From Abditibacteriaceae bacterium (GTDB taxonomy: Bacteria > Armatimonadota > Abditibacteriia > Abditibacteriales > Abditibacteriaceae): a DNA stretch of 17,463 nucleotides. The number at the start of each line of letters is the position of its first letter. The stretch's first letter is position 1. Shown one piece after another: positions 1 to 7,881 of this stretch. The stretch covers positions 1 through 17,463 of the forward strand of contig JANMKN010000104.1 of NCBI GenBank assembly GCA_031372065.1. Direction: 5' to 3'. The notes beneath the pieces were generated by a model, which saw nothing but the letters and a program-made list of their open reading frames with translations, did no database searches and was not told the origin of the DNA. Made by a program: the position numbers and the translations under genes.

Positions 1-193
1 CCATGCCACAACAACCCATTTCATGCGGCACATCTTCCCACGGGATACCGGTCTTGAGAACAAACAAAATTACACTCAGGGCAACACGGTTGTCCACCGG
101 CTTGCGACCGGGAAACTGAAAGCGACGGGGCTTGGGGGCCGAAAGGAGCGGTTCAAACATAGCCCATAATTCATCAGTGACTAACTTCGACAT
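1..193 (-). CDS. IS5-family transposase, N-terminal part (partial; not in the ORF track)
   Basis: Manual translation: MSKLVTDELWAMFEPLLSAPKPRRFQFPGRKPVDNRVALSVILFVLKTGIPWEDVPHEMGCCGM. The VTDELW..EPLL, GR, ILFVLKTGIPW pattern is typical of the IS5 DUF4096 domain. GAGGT RBS upstream. Confidence 0.88.
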   Translation of the reverse strand, partial: MSKLVTDELWAMFEPLLSAPKPRRFQFPGRKPVDNRVALSVILFVLKTGIPWEDVPHEMGCCGM

Positions 194-247
194 GATTTAC
201 ACCTCGCGGGACACTCTGCAAATCAAAGTCCTTTTATTTAGGAACTC
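1..247 (-). mobile_element. IS5-family insertion sequence, left end (runs off the window)
   Basis: Transposase N-terminus at 193->1. Candidate left inverted repeat GAGTTCCTAAATAAAAG at 247->231, preceded by TA (248-249), a plausible target site. The right end is not visible, so the boundary is inferred. Confidence 0.75.
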
Positions 248-299
248 TAAAGGCCAAAAGCTTGGCATTTATTACGTTCCGGGCATTGACGATGACCTT

Positions 300-515
300 T
301 TAGCGCTCAATCCGCCGAATATACTTTTTATCGCCCCAAATCAAGCGATTGCGCCACTCGGTTTCGCGCCCCGACGCAAACAACGAGCGCTGAATGGTGC
401 GTTCGTTATTGCTTTCGTTGACCGTTTCAATGGTCTGAAACGGCAGCGACACCTTCAGCGGCGCGACTTTTCTGCCGCGCTCATCATATTTCCCCGTCCA
501 AATCAATTCAGGCAT
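300..515 (-). pseudogene. Truncated N-terminus of a type III R-M Mod-like DNA methyltransferase
   Basis: MPELIWTGKYDERGRKVAPLKVSLPFQTIETVNES...EWRNRLIWGDKKY resembles the start of Mod-type methyltransferases. It stops at 71 aa, and no minus frame continues to the expected YIDPPF motif. Confidence 0.75.
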
Positions 516-537
516 GAGGAAATTATAAGACAAGATT

Positions 538-597
538 AGGACACGCCATAGCGTGTCCCTACAATTTGCCCCGTAGGGACACGCTATGGCGTGTCCT
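538..597. repeat. Inverted pair of GTAG-type REP elements
   Basis: GTAGGGACACGCTATGGCGTGTCCT at 573-597 and its exact reverse complement at 538-562, with a 10-bp spacer. Each copy is a GGACACGC/GCGTGTCC hairpin. Confidence 0.85.
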
Positions 598-639
598 GTG
601 CGCGTGTCTTGGCCGCGCAATTAGTCGGAATCGCGGCAG

Positions 640-765
640 TTGGGAGACTAATCTCAGCATTTGGGAGACTAATCGCGCCAGTTGGGAGACTAATCTCAGC
701 ATTTGGGAGACTAATCTCGGCAGTTGGAGGGCTAATCGTGGCAGTTGGAGGACTAATCGCCGCGC
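640..765. repeat. Tandem array, 6 x 21 bp (consensus TTGGGAGACTAATCTCRGCAK)
   Basis: Units start at 640, 661, 682, 703, 724 and 745, with a partial unit at 629-639. Units 1, 3 and 4 carry a GAGA-CTAA-TCTC mini-palindrome. Confidence 0.95.
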
Positions 766-873
766 ATCGCTGTCTTTTGCTGATGATTTCCTTGGCCTCA
801 TCGTTTCGGGAAATCCAGATTTCGATCAATGCATTGAACCTTCAAATCAGCGATTTAGAAAAGCATCAAAAAC

Positions 874-1287
874 ATGAAGAACTCTGAATTTTTTATGATA
901 CCCTTTGAAATTACGCGCCTTGCTCAATCCGACGACATTGATATGATGGGTCATGTTAACAACATCGTTTATCTGCGTTGGGCACAGGAAGTCGCTATCA
1001 TCCACTGGCAGGCGGCGGCTTCGCTTGAAGACCAAACCGCAACGGGTTGGGTCGTGATGCGCCATGAGATTGATTACAAGGCGCCCGCTTTTTTGGGCGA
1101 GGAAATCTTGGTTCAAACGTGGGTGGGCATAGCAACCGGACTAACTTTTGAGCGCCACACCAAAATGTTACGAGCCAACGACCAGAAGTTGCTGGCACAA
1201 GCACGCACGCTTTGGTGCCCGATCAACTTGCAGAGCGGGCGTCCTATGCGCGTTGGCGCCAAATTGCGGGCACAATTCTCCAAGTAA
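874..1287 (+). CDS. Acyl-CoA thioesterase (4HBT/YbgC hotdog fold)
   Basis: DIDMMGHVNNIVYLRW motif and VVMRHEIDYKAPAFLGEEI; 137 aa. Confidence 0.93.
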   Translation: MKNSEFFMIPFEITRLAQSDDIDMMGHVNNIVYLRWAQEVAIIHWQAAASLEDQTATGWVVMRHEIDYKAPAFLGEEILVQTWVGIATGLTFERHTKMLRANDQKLLAQARTLWCPINLQSGRPMRVGAKLRAQFSK

Positions 1288-1392
1288 AGTAACTCCAAGT
1301 GAGCTAACTCGTTCAAATGACTTGGCCTTTTGTAGCGGGGTTTGCATCCCAAGAAAGCCATACCAATTGAGTAGCGGACTACTAACGCGATT

Positions 1393-1992
1393 TTACTTTT
1401 GGTGCGAAAATCCCTCGCCCGCTTTCAATTCCGTTTTGGTGTTGCCTTTGGTGACCTCGATGGTGACTTGCTTCCAATCCGTAGGGGCGGGTAGGGTAAT
1501 GCTCCAATTTTGGTCTTCGACCTGCGCCGGATAGCGTTTTTCCTCAAGGCAAATTTGCACTTGAGATTCGGGCGTGACTTCGCCGCTGAGTTGCAATTGG
1601 CCGTTTTCGGTTTTGGCGCGGCTTAAAATGACAAACGGTTGACCGTCCATGAAACTGCGATGATAAGCCATTTGCGCGGCGATTTGGCGCGCCTCAAGCG
1701 GCGCTTGACCTTGATTTTCGGCCATGAGTTCGATGACTTGGCTCAGTTTCTCATCGGATGATTGCGCCAAATGCTTGAGGTCGTAATTCACGCCGTCCGG
1801 CCCATGACAACGCGCGCAATGATCGTTGTAATAGCTAATCGCCGCAAAGTCCAAAGGCGCGCTTTCCTTTTTCGCCGCTCCAAAGATGACACCGAAAAAC
1901 GCGAGCAAAACAGATAGCCGCAAAAAAGCGTAAAAGAACACAAAAAGCAAACCTGTTTTTTGTGTCTTTTGCGCTTTTTTGCGGCTAATCAT
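1393..1992 (-). CDS. Exported monoheme c-type cytochrome with a beta-rich C-terminal domain
   Basis: CARCH heme motif and a basic plus hydrophobic N-terminus. Start reassigned to ATG 1992, which follows AAGGA overlapping the upstream TGA. Confidence 0.8.
   Translation of the reverse strand: MISRKKAQKTQKTGLLFVFFYAFLRLSVLLAFFGVIFGAAKKESAPLDFAAISYYNDHCARCHGPDGVNYDLKHLAQSSDEKLSQVIELMAENQGQAPLEARQIAAQMAYHRSFMDGQPFVILSRAKTENGQLQLSGEVTPESQVQICLEEKRYPAQVEDQNWSITLPAPTDWKQVTIEVTKGNTKTELKAGEGFSHQK
1915..1987. repeat. Long imperfect inverted repeat inside the 5' end of the cytochrome c ORF
   Basis: TAGCCGCAAAAAAGCG (1915-1930) pairs perfectly with 1972-1987. The stem continues through AAAAG/CTTTT and ACACAAAAA/TTTTTGTGT. 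Confidence 0.85.
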
Positions 1993-1997
1993 ATCCT

Positions 1998-3230
1998 TCA
2001 ATTTGCTTTGCTGATGCGGAAAATACGGCCACTGTCGCACGAAAACAGAATGGTGCCGTCCGGCGCTTCGACGCAATCAACCGGGCGATCTAACTGCTGC
2101 CCGTTGGCGCCGAGGGTGCTGACGATGAGTTGTGAGCCGTAAGGTCGTCCGGTCAGTGCATCGAACATCAAGCGCTCAATGCGATAACCCGCTTTGGCGC
2201 TGCTGTTGGCCGAGCCATGAAACGCCACGAACACATCGCCGCTGGCATTCGGAAAGTAGTCTTTGGTGAGAAAAGTCCAGCCGTTGCCGGCCCAATGCGC
2301 GCCGAAACTCCAAGCGGGCGGCGTGGTGCGTGCCGCTAAATCAATAATATCGGGGCGATTTAAATAATCTGGGCGCGGCACGCGATTGCCTTCAACAAAT
2401 GGATGCCCGTAAAAGGCGCCTTCAACGTAATGATTGAATTCTTCGGGTGGCCCAGCATCGGTGAAGGGCTGGCCTTTTTCCTTGCTTTCGCCCCAATCTT
2501 TGCCGATGTTGTCGGTGCCGTGATCGCTGCCCCACAATTCTTTGGTGCCGGGCCGCAAGCGCATTTTTTCTGTGTTGCGGATGCCCGACGCCCACAATTT
2601 GCGCGTCTTGCCATCCAGCGAATACAGCCAGATTTTTTCGCGTTCGGTGGCGAAATTATCGTCGTGATCGCCGCTATCGCCGATGCTGAGATAAAAGCCG
2701 TCTGGCGTGACGCAGAGGCCTTTCCACCAGTGACCGCTGCGCGGCAGCGTGCCTTCGGCGATTAAACCAATGGTTTCATCGGCCACGCCGTCGCCGTTGG
2801 TGTCGCGCGCTTTATGAGCGCCAGTGGCGGTGGCAAACCACAGCCAGCCATCGTAAAAATCCACGCCGTGCGCCGCTTGCATATTCGAAACGAACTGCGT
2901 TTTGGTTTCGTAAACGCCGTCGCCGTCCTTGTCCATCAAGGCGCTGATGCCTTTTTTCTTGTCGGGCTGCGAAAGATAAAGCGTGCCTTTGTCGTCAAAA
3001 ACCATAAAACGCGCTTCGGTGAGGCCATCGGCGGCTAACGTCACCTGATAACCGGGACGGACCGCAAAAGCGGGCACTTTGTCGCCGGTTTTGCCATTGA
3101 ATTTCTCCAACGGCGGCAAGGCTTGCGAGAAAACTTTGGGAATGGCGTCGAGTGTGACCGGCGGAGTCTCATCGGCGGCGCAAAACGAAGCGCCCAGCAA
3201 CAGCGTGGGCAGAAAATAGAGTGATTTCAT
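1998..3230 (-). CDS. Secreted PQQ-dependent glucose/sorbosone dehydrogenase-family beta-propeller
   Basis: Signal peptide MKSLYFLPTLLLGASFCAA. Motifs GIRN, PPEEFN...FYGHPF, VAFHGS and RPVDCVEAPDG. Start set at ATG 3230. Confidence 0.85.
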   Translation of the reverse strand: MKSLYFLPTLLLGASFCAADETPPVTLDAIPKVFSQALPPLEKFNGKTGDKVPAFAVRPGYQVTLAADGLTEARFMVFDDKGTLYLSQPDKKKGISALMDKDGDGVYETKTQFVSNMQAAHGVDFYDGWLWFATATGAHKARDTNGDGVADETIGLIAEGTLPRSGHWWKGLCVTPDGFYLSIGDSGDHDDNFATEREKIWLYSLDGKTRKLWASGIRNTEKMRLRPGTKELWGSDHGTDNIGKDWGESKEKGQPFTDAGPPEEFNHYVEGAFYGHPFVEGNRVPRPDYLNRPDIIDLAARTTPPAWSFGAHWAGNGWTFLTKDYFPNASGDVFVAFHGSANSSAKAGYRIERLMFDALTGRPYGSQLIVSTLGANGQQLDRPVDCVEAPDGTILFSCDSGRIFRISKAN

Positions 3231-3282
3231 TGGGTTTTTGGATGAAAAAGACGCCCGACGGTTGCGCATCTGAATTGATTTG

Positions 3283-3382
3283 ATAGCCGCCAATCTTCGA
3301 TACGCAAAACGGAACAAAAACGACGCAATTTTTTATTGCGTCGTTTTATATGCTGTTTTGCGTATCGAAGACTGGCGGCTAT
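3283..3382. repeat. 100-bp intergenic inverted-repeat element
   Basis: ATAGCCGCCA-a-TCTTCGATACGCAAAAC pairs with GTTTTGCGTATCGAAGA-c-TGGCGGCTAT. Inner stem AAAACGACGCAAT/ATTGCGTCGTTTT. Confidence 0.9.
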
Positions 3383-3390
3383 GGGGCAGA

Positions 3391-4563
3391 TTATTCTACT
3401 TCTACCTGCGGCGGGTGCGCGTAATCGTTCCATGCGCGATTGAATTCGTCTTTGTCCGGCGCGCCGTCGCGCACGACGAAGCGATAACGCGAAACGTAAT
3501 CTTCGCCGGGTTTGATTTCCCAATCGCCGAGTTGTGAAGGTGCCAAACACAAAAACGGCTCGCTGGGATGAGCGCGAAAGGGCTGCGGCGCGCGAAAATT
3601 TTCGGGATGGCACAAAACCGCGATTCCAGTTTCCATTTCATCAACAAGGCCGCCCATCCAACACCAATTGCCGCGCGTTTCGTTGGCGACTGTGCCTTCA
3701 ATGCCTGCGGAAGTCAGAAAATGCGTCTGGCCCGCACCGTTCCAGTCATGGTGGCCGCGAATGCCAAGGCCACCGTAATGATATTTCGGCAATTTCAAAG
3801 GGCTATCGCTTGCGCATTTTTGCGTGGAGATTAAATCGAAAATCCATGCGCCCTCGCCCGCGTTGAAAAGGCGCACTTGCCACGTTTCATTCAGCGCCGT
3901 TTTTGTGGGTTTGGCGATTAAATCAACGAACTTGTGCTGCGCCGAAAAGCTGCCGAAAACCGCGCCGCCGTGAAAACTATCGAGCGAGACAAATTCGACG
4001 CGCCCGGTGCCCTCGCCCATGTTCCAAAAATCGGGATGGCGGCCTTCAAATTCGGTTTTCGTCCACGGAAACCAAATGCCGTGATGATGAATATGATTGG
4101 GCGGAAAATCATCGGTGATTAAACGGCCCGACGGACTCCACACGCTGCCGATATAACCGCCGCGCGCGAAGGCTTCTTTGATGTCCGGGCGCGGCAATTG
4201 GCCCGCTTCGGCCTGATAATCGAAGACCGCTTTTCCGTCCAACGTGAATTTCACTTTGGTGCCGTCGCGTTTGGCTTCGATGGCGTTTTTCGCGGTGGGC
4301 GCGTCCACGATTTCAAAACTCGCGCTGGCACCTTTTTCCAGATCGGGAAGGATGAAAAAGGTGATTTTGCCGTAGTTTTGCAGCGGCAAAAGTGCGCCAT
4401 CGGCACTTTTTAAGCCTTTGCCAGCGGCGTTTTTCATTTCAAACGACACAATCGTGTTGTGGCGCGCATAATTGCCCGCTTGCACCACGATTTTCGGCGT
4501 GGCGACGGCTAAAGTGGCTGTCATCAAACTGGCTCCCAAAGCGAAAAGTAAAAAGGGCTTCAT
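3391..4563 (-). CDS. Secreted DUF6807 / PmoA-like (PF14100) protein, probably carbohydrate-active
   Basis: Signal peptide. Motifs SPSGRLITDDFPPNHIHHHGIWFPW, DFWN, YHYGGLGIRG and HPEN. Start at 4563 or 4575. Confidence 0.78.
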   Translation of the reverse strand: MKPFLLFALGASLMTATLAVATPKIVVQAGNYARHNTIVSFEMKNAAGKGLKSADGALLPLQNYGKITFFILPDLEKGASASFEIVDAPTAKNAIEAKRDGTKVKFTLDGKAVFDYQAEAGQLPRPDIKEAFARGGYIGSVWSPSGRLITDDFPPNHIHHHGIWFPWTKTEFEGRHPDFWNMGEGTGRVEFVSLDSFHGGAVFGSFSAQHKFVDLIAKPTKTALNETWQVRLFNAGEGAWIFDLISTQKCASDSPLKLPKYHYGGLGIRGHHDWNGAGQTHFLTSAGIEGTVANETRGNWCWMGGLVDEMETGIAVLCHPENFRAPQPFRAHPSEPFLCLAPSQLGDWEIKPGEDYVSRYRFVVRDGAPDKDEFNRAWNDYAHPPQVEVE

Positions 4564-4589
4564 CACAGTTTGCAATGTAAAGATTCACT

Positions 4590-4716
4590 GTTTATAGAAC
4601 GCAAATTTCGCAAATCCCCGCAAATTTTCGCAATTTTGGAAAATGCTGTTACCAATGATTTTTCAAAAAATTTGCGAAAATTGTTGTTTAATTTGTGAAA
4701 TTTGCGTTCTATAAAC
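4590..4716. repeat. AT-rich 127-bp inverted-repeat element with 10-bp CGCAAAT sub-repeats
   Basis: GTTTATAGAACGCAAATTTCGCAAAT (4590-4615) pairs with ATTTGTGAAATTTGCGTTCTATAAAC (4691-4716) with one mismatch. Inner stem AATTTTCGCAA/TTGCGAAAATT. Confidence 0.88.
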
Positions 4717-5369
4717 TACAGCTTGCGGCACAAATGAAAACCATCGCCGAAGGGCACTAAAACCGAAATCACACGCGTGTCGGCGGTTAATTTGTCGTTC
4801 AGCGCGCGAATGGCAACGGTGTCGTCGTCATTGATGCTCTCATCCGTCACTTTGCCGTGCCAGAGCATATTATCGAAAATAATCAAGCCGCCGCTTTGCA
4901 CGCGTGGCAAAACCAATTCGTAATACACATCGTAATTCGGCTTGTCGGCATCAATGAAAACAAGGTCGAATTTTTTATCGGACGAGATTTTGGCGAAGGT
5001 GTCGGCGGCGGCGCCAAGATGCAGCGTGACGCGATCACTGAGGCCGCCTTGTGCCCAAAATTCGCGCGCGATGCTCGTCCATTCGTCGCTGATGTCGAGA
5101 CAGGTCAAGGTGCCGCCGGATTTGAGGCCGCGCGCGATACACGTCGAACTGTAGCCGGTAAAAGTGCCGATTTCCAGCGCGTGCATGGCAGCCATCGCCA
5201 TCAGTGTCAAGAACGTGCCTTGTTCGCGCGAAATCAACATCCCGGCGATGTCGCCGAGTTGTTCGGTGCGCGCGCGCAAATCGTTCAGCAGGTCGTCATT
5301 CGTCGCGCCGCTGTGGGCGAGAACGTAATCGTTCAGCTTGTCATCAAGAGAAATAAATTTGGCTTCCAT
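4716..5369 (-). CDS. SAM-dependent O-methyltransferase (caffeoyl-CoA OMT-like, Methyltransf_3)
   Basis: LEIGTFTGYS, FDLVFIDADKPNY and GGLIIFDNMLWHG motifs. Confidence 0.93.
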   Translation of the reverse strand: MEAKFISLDDKLNDYVLAHSGATNDDLLNDLRARTEQLGDIAGMLISREQGTFLTLMAMAAMHALEIGTFTGYSSTCIARGLKSGGTLTCLDISDEWTSIAREFWAQGGLSDRVTLHLGAAADTFAKISSDKKFDLVFIDADKPNYDVYYELVLPRVQSGGLIIFDNMLWHGKVTDESINDDDTVAIRALNDKLTADTRVISVLVPFGDGFHLCRKL

Positions 5370-5400
5370 AGGTAAGCCAAATTATAGCGAATTCGCCTCT

Positions 5401-5461
5401 GTAAGGACGTGATTTATCACATCCGCTGTCAGGTATTGTGGTGCAGCGGACGTGATAAATC
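5401..5461. repeat. Degenerate REP-like doublet
   Basis: GTAAGGACGTGATTTATCACATCC hairpin. 5411-5428 pairs with 5444-5461 at 17/18. The second copy is truncated. Confidence 0.65.
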
Positions 5462-5485
5462 TGCAATTCGCGTTAGCAACTGGGG

Positions 5486-7033
5486 TTATTTATTGTTCAC
5501 CGTGATGCCCGGCCAATCATCGGTGCGAAAGGGCACGGCGGGCAAACCGGCGGCATTGTAAAGCGTGGCTTTGGGATTGTCGGCCCACGCATAACGAACC
5601 GCAATCGGGTCGGCGATTTCGTCATTCGACACCACGATTTCGTTGCCTTCAATTTTCGCGTTGGCCCATTTCCACTTTTTGTCCGCGCCCGCGATGGCAA
5701 AACCCGCAAGGGGGTCAGCTTTGCTCATCAAACCATCAGCGTGCGTGAATTTCAAACGGATTTTGTTGCCGTCTTTGGTCATCGAATTGTAAACCGGGCC
5801 GGAATATTCGATTTTTTGGCCGTAGGTCTGCGCCAAGGCCGCCAACGCCAAACGAATGCCGACATCCTGCTTGTTTTTGGGATGAATATCGCCCGCGTCG
5901 CCGATGTCAATTGCCAAACCTTGACCGTTGCCGGGCATATTGGCCGTCATGGTTTGCGCTTCGCGCAACTCGGCCCAGTCACTTTCGGCTGGATCGGGTT
6001 TTTCGGCTTTGAAGTTCGCCAATTGCACGATGTAAAAGCCGAAATCCTCCGGCTTTTGAATGCCCCACGCCTTGCGCCAATCGGCGATCATAGCGGGCAA
6101 AAGTTTGCGATATTGATAAGCGCGCCCGGCGTTGCTTTCGCCTTGATACCAAATTGCGCCGCGCGAAGCGAAGGGCACAAAGGGCGCGATCATGCCGTTG
6201 TAAAGATTAGCCGGACGATTTTGATTGAGCGGGCCAGTGGGTTCAGCAGGGCGGCGCGGTTCGGGCTTGCCTTCGTCTTTGGCTTTCTTCTTGTCTTCTT
6301 CCCATTTGACCAGCGTTTCGTTGTTGAACTTTTCCATTTGCGCCGGATAATCGGCCAGACGCTTGTCCCATTGGTCAAGCATAGGCTTGAAATCGGCTTC
6401 GGTTTGCAAAGCGGGCATACTCGTCCACGCTTCGGCAGGTGTGCCGCCCCACGAGGTATGAATCACGCCAATGGGCACGTCCGGCATTTTGCGTCGCAGT
6501 TCGCGCCCGAAAAAGTAGCCGACAGCGGAAAAACCACGCGCGCTATTGGGATTCGAAGGCTGCCAACGTCCGTTTTTTACGTCTTTTTGCGGCTCGGTGG
6601 CGGGCGCGCGACTGAAAGTAAACAAGCGCAATTGTGGGTCTTCGGCAGCGGCTAACGCTTCGGCGGAATTGCTGGCGCCGCCCATGCCGAACTCCATGTT
6701 CGACTGCCCCGACGCAATCCACACTTCCCCGACAGCGACATTGTTGATCTTCACTTCGTTGTTGCCGTTGATTTGCAGCATTGCGTTCTGGGCGACAGCG
6801 AGCGGATCGAGTTTGACCATCCACGAACCATCGGCACCTGCCGTGGTTTCTTTGGTTTGTCCGGCGAACTGCACTTTGACCTTTTCGCCCGCATCGGCCC
6901 AACCCCAAACCGGCGAGGCCACGCCGCGCTGAAAAATCATATTGTCGCCGAAAACCGCTGGCAACTTTACATCCGCCTCTGCCACTGCGCAAAACAGCAA
7001 AGCACCACTGAGCACAACAAAATTTCGTTTCAT
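5486..7033 (-). CDS. Secreted sialate O-acetylesterase family (SASA/SGNH) carbohydrate esterase
   Basis: GEVWIASGQSNM, WYQGESNA and DIHPKNKQDVG motifs; signal peptide. ATG 7033 has a GAGGAA RBS. Confidence 0.93.
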   Translation of the reverse strand: MKRNFVVLSGALLFCAVAEADVKLPAVFGDNMIFQRGVASPVWGWADAGEKVKVQFAGQTKETTAGADGSWMVKLDPLAVAQNAMLQINGNNEVKINNVAVGEVWIASGQSNMEFGMGGASNSAEALAAAEDPQLRLFTFSRAPATEPQKDVKNGRWQPSNPNSARGFSAVGYFFGRELRRKMPDVPIGVIHTSWGGTPAEAWTSMPALQTEADFKPMLDQWDKRLADYPAQMEKFNNETLVKWEEDKKKAKDEGKPEPRRPAEPTGPLNQNRPANLYNGMIAPFVPFASRGAIWYQGESNAGRAYQYRKLLPAMIADWRKAWGIQKPEDFGFYIVQLANFKAEKPDPAESDWAELREAQTMTANMPGNGQGLAIDIGDAGDIHPKNKQDVGIRLALAALAQTYGQKIEYSGPVYNSMTKDGNKIRLKFTHADGLMSKADPLAGFAIAGADKKWKWANAKIEGNEIVVSNDEIADPIAVRYAWADNPKATLYNAAGLPAVPFRTDDWPGITVNNK

Positions 7034-7107
7034 TAAATTCCTCTTTTCCTGACTTCGTGTGGCTGGCACACGAAAAAAGTAAGACAACACTCAAGCGTTT
7101 CTGATTC

Positions 7108-7878
7108 TTATAAAAAGTCGCGTGGTGCTGCTAAACCGGGTTTGTGGGGACCACACCTAAAATCTGGCGACCCCGGCACGCGAATGAGGCGATTTTCTTT
7201 TTCTAAAATCATCATGACTTTACGAGCATCATGATAATTATCATGCAACAATCGGCGCAAGGCTTTGAATTCTGCTGTCGTTTCTAAAAATTTTGTAAAG
7301 AAGTAAGGATCAAGCACACCAAATTCATCCCCATAACCCAAGACGACATCTAAATATTGTCCTGTATTTTGATGAGTAAATGCACACTCAAAACCGTGAA
7401 AACCGTAACGCCAATAGTTATCATAGATGCCGTGCCAGCGTTCAGATTCCGGCACTAATTCGTCCAAGTCGCGATTGGATATATTGAGAGTCCCCACGCC
7501 CAAATGGGAGGCCAGCCGTTCAACGCGTTCTGTTGCCACACGCCGAAACATTTGGGCCGCTTCAACAAAAACGTCGGCTTTTTCTGAAACGGTCAGCGAC
7601 GCTATGACGCGTCGGGCACGAATCCATTTGCGTTTGCCTTGCTCACTATTGCTCCAAACACACACTTCGTCGTTGAAAAACCCCTCCACAAAGATTTTTG
7701 TAGCCGCTTCGTCTGTTTCCAGAGGCAGCACAAAAATAACTTCGCTCTCACTGGTAAGCGCGTGTAATTCAGCGGGCGAGGGCATTTGCACAAGCGATGG
7801 CACGCGCACAACAGGATGTGAGCGCAGTTGGTTTTGCTCCCACCGCCAAACATTCAATTTCTGTCGTAAGGTTGACAT
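7108..7878 (-). CDS. Hypothetical protein, C-terminal domain possibly DUF6896-like
   Basis: 256-aa ORF starting 3 bp after the sulfatase stop. WRYGFHGFECAFTHQNTGQYLDV...EFGVLDPYFF; family assignment is from memory. AT-richer than its neighbours. Confidence 0.65.
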   Translation of the reverse strand: MSTLRQKLNVWRWEQNQLRSHPVVRVPSLVQMPSPAELHALTSESEVIFVLPLETDEAATKIFVEGFFNDEVCVWSNSEQGKRKWIRARRVIASLTVSEKADVFVEAAQMFRRVATERVERLASHLGVGTLNISNRDLDELVPESERWHGIYDNYWRYGFHGFECAFTHQNTGQYLDVVLGYGDEFGVLDPYFFTKFLETTAEFKALRRLLHDNYHDARKVMMILEKENRLIRVPGSPDFRCGPHKPGLAAPRDFL

Positions 7879-7881
7879 TTC

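Noticed and set aside
132..539. 135-aa plus-strand ORF
   Set aside because: It spans the IS end and is antisense to both the transposase and the Mod remnant, so it is probably a chimera.
559..887. Four overlapping heptad-repeat ORFs
   Set aside because: By-products of the 21-bp array and REP pair, with no frame favoured.
1288..1392. Possible sRNA or terminator between convergent genes
   Set aside because: Only a weak CCAAGT/ACTTGG pairing, with no supportable structure.
3391..4563. Particulate methane monooxygenase subunit
   Set aside because: The PmoA family label is misleading. This is a soluble secreted protein with no multi-TM structure and no pmoCB neighbours.
5180..5225. O-methyltransferase as a pseudogene (segment before LEIG looks about 2 aa short)
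   Set aside because: The frame and all key motifs are intact. The difference cannot be confirmed without an alignment.
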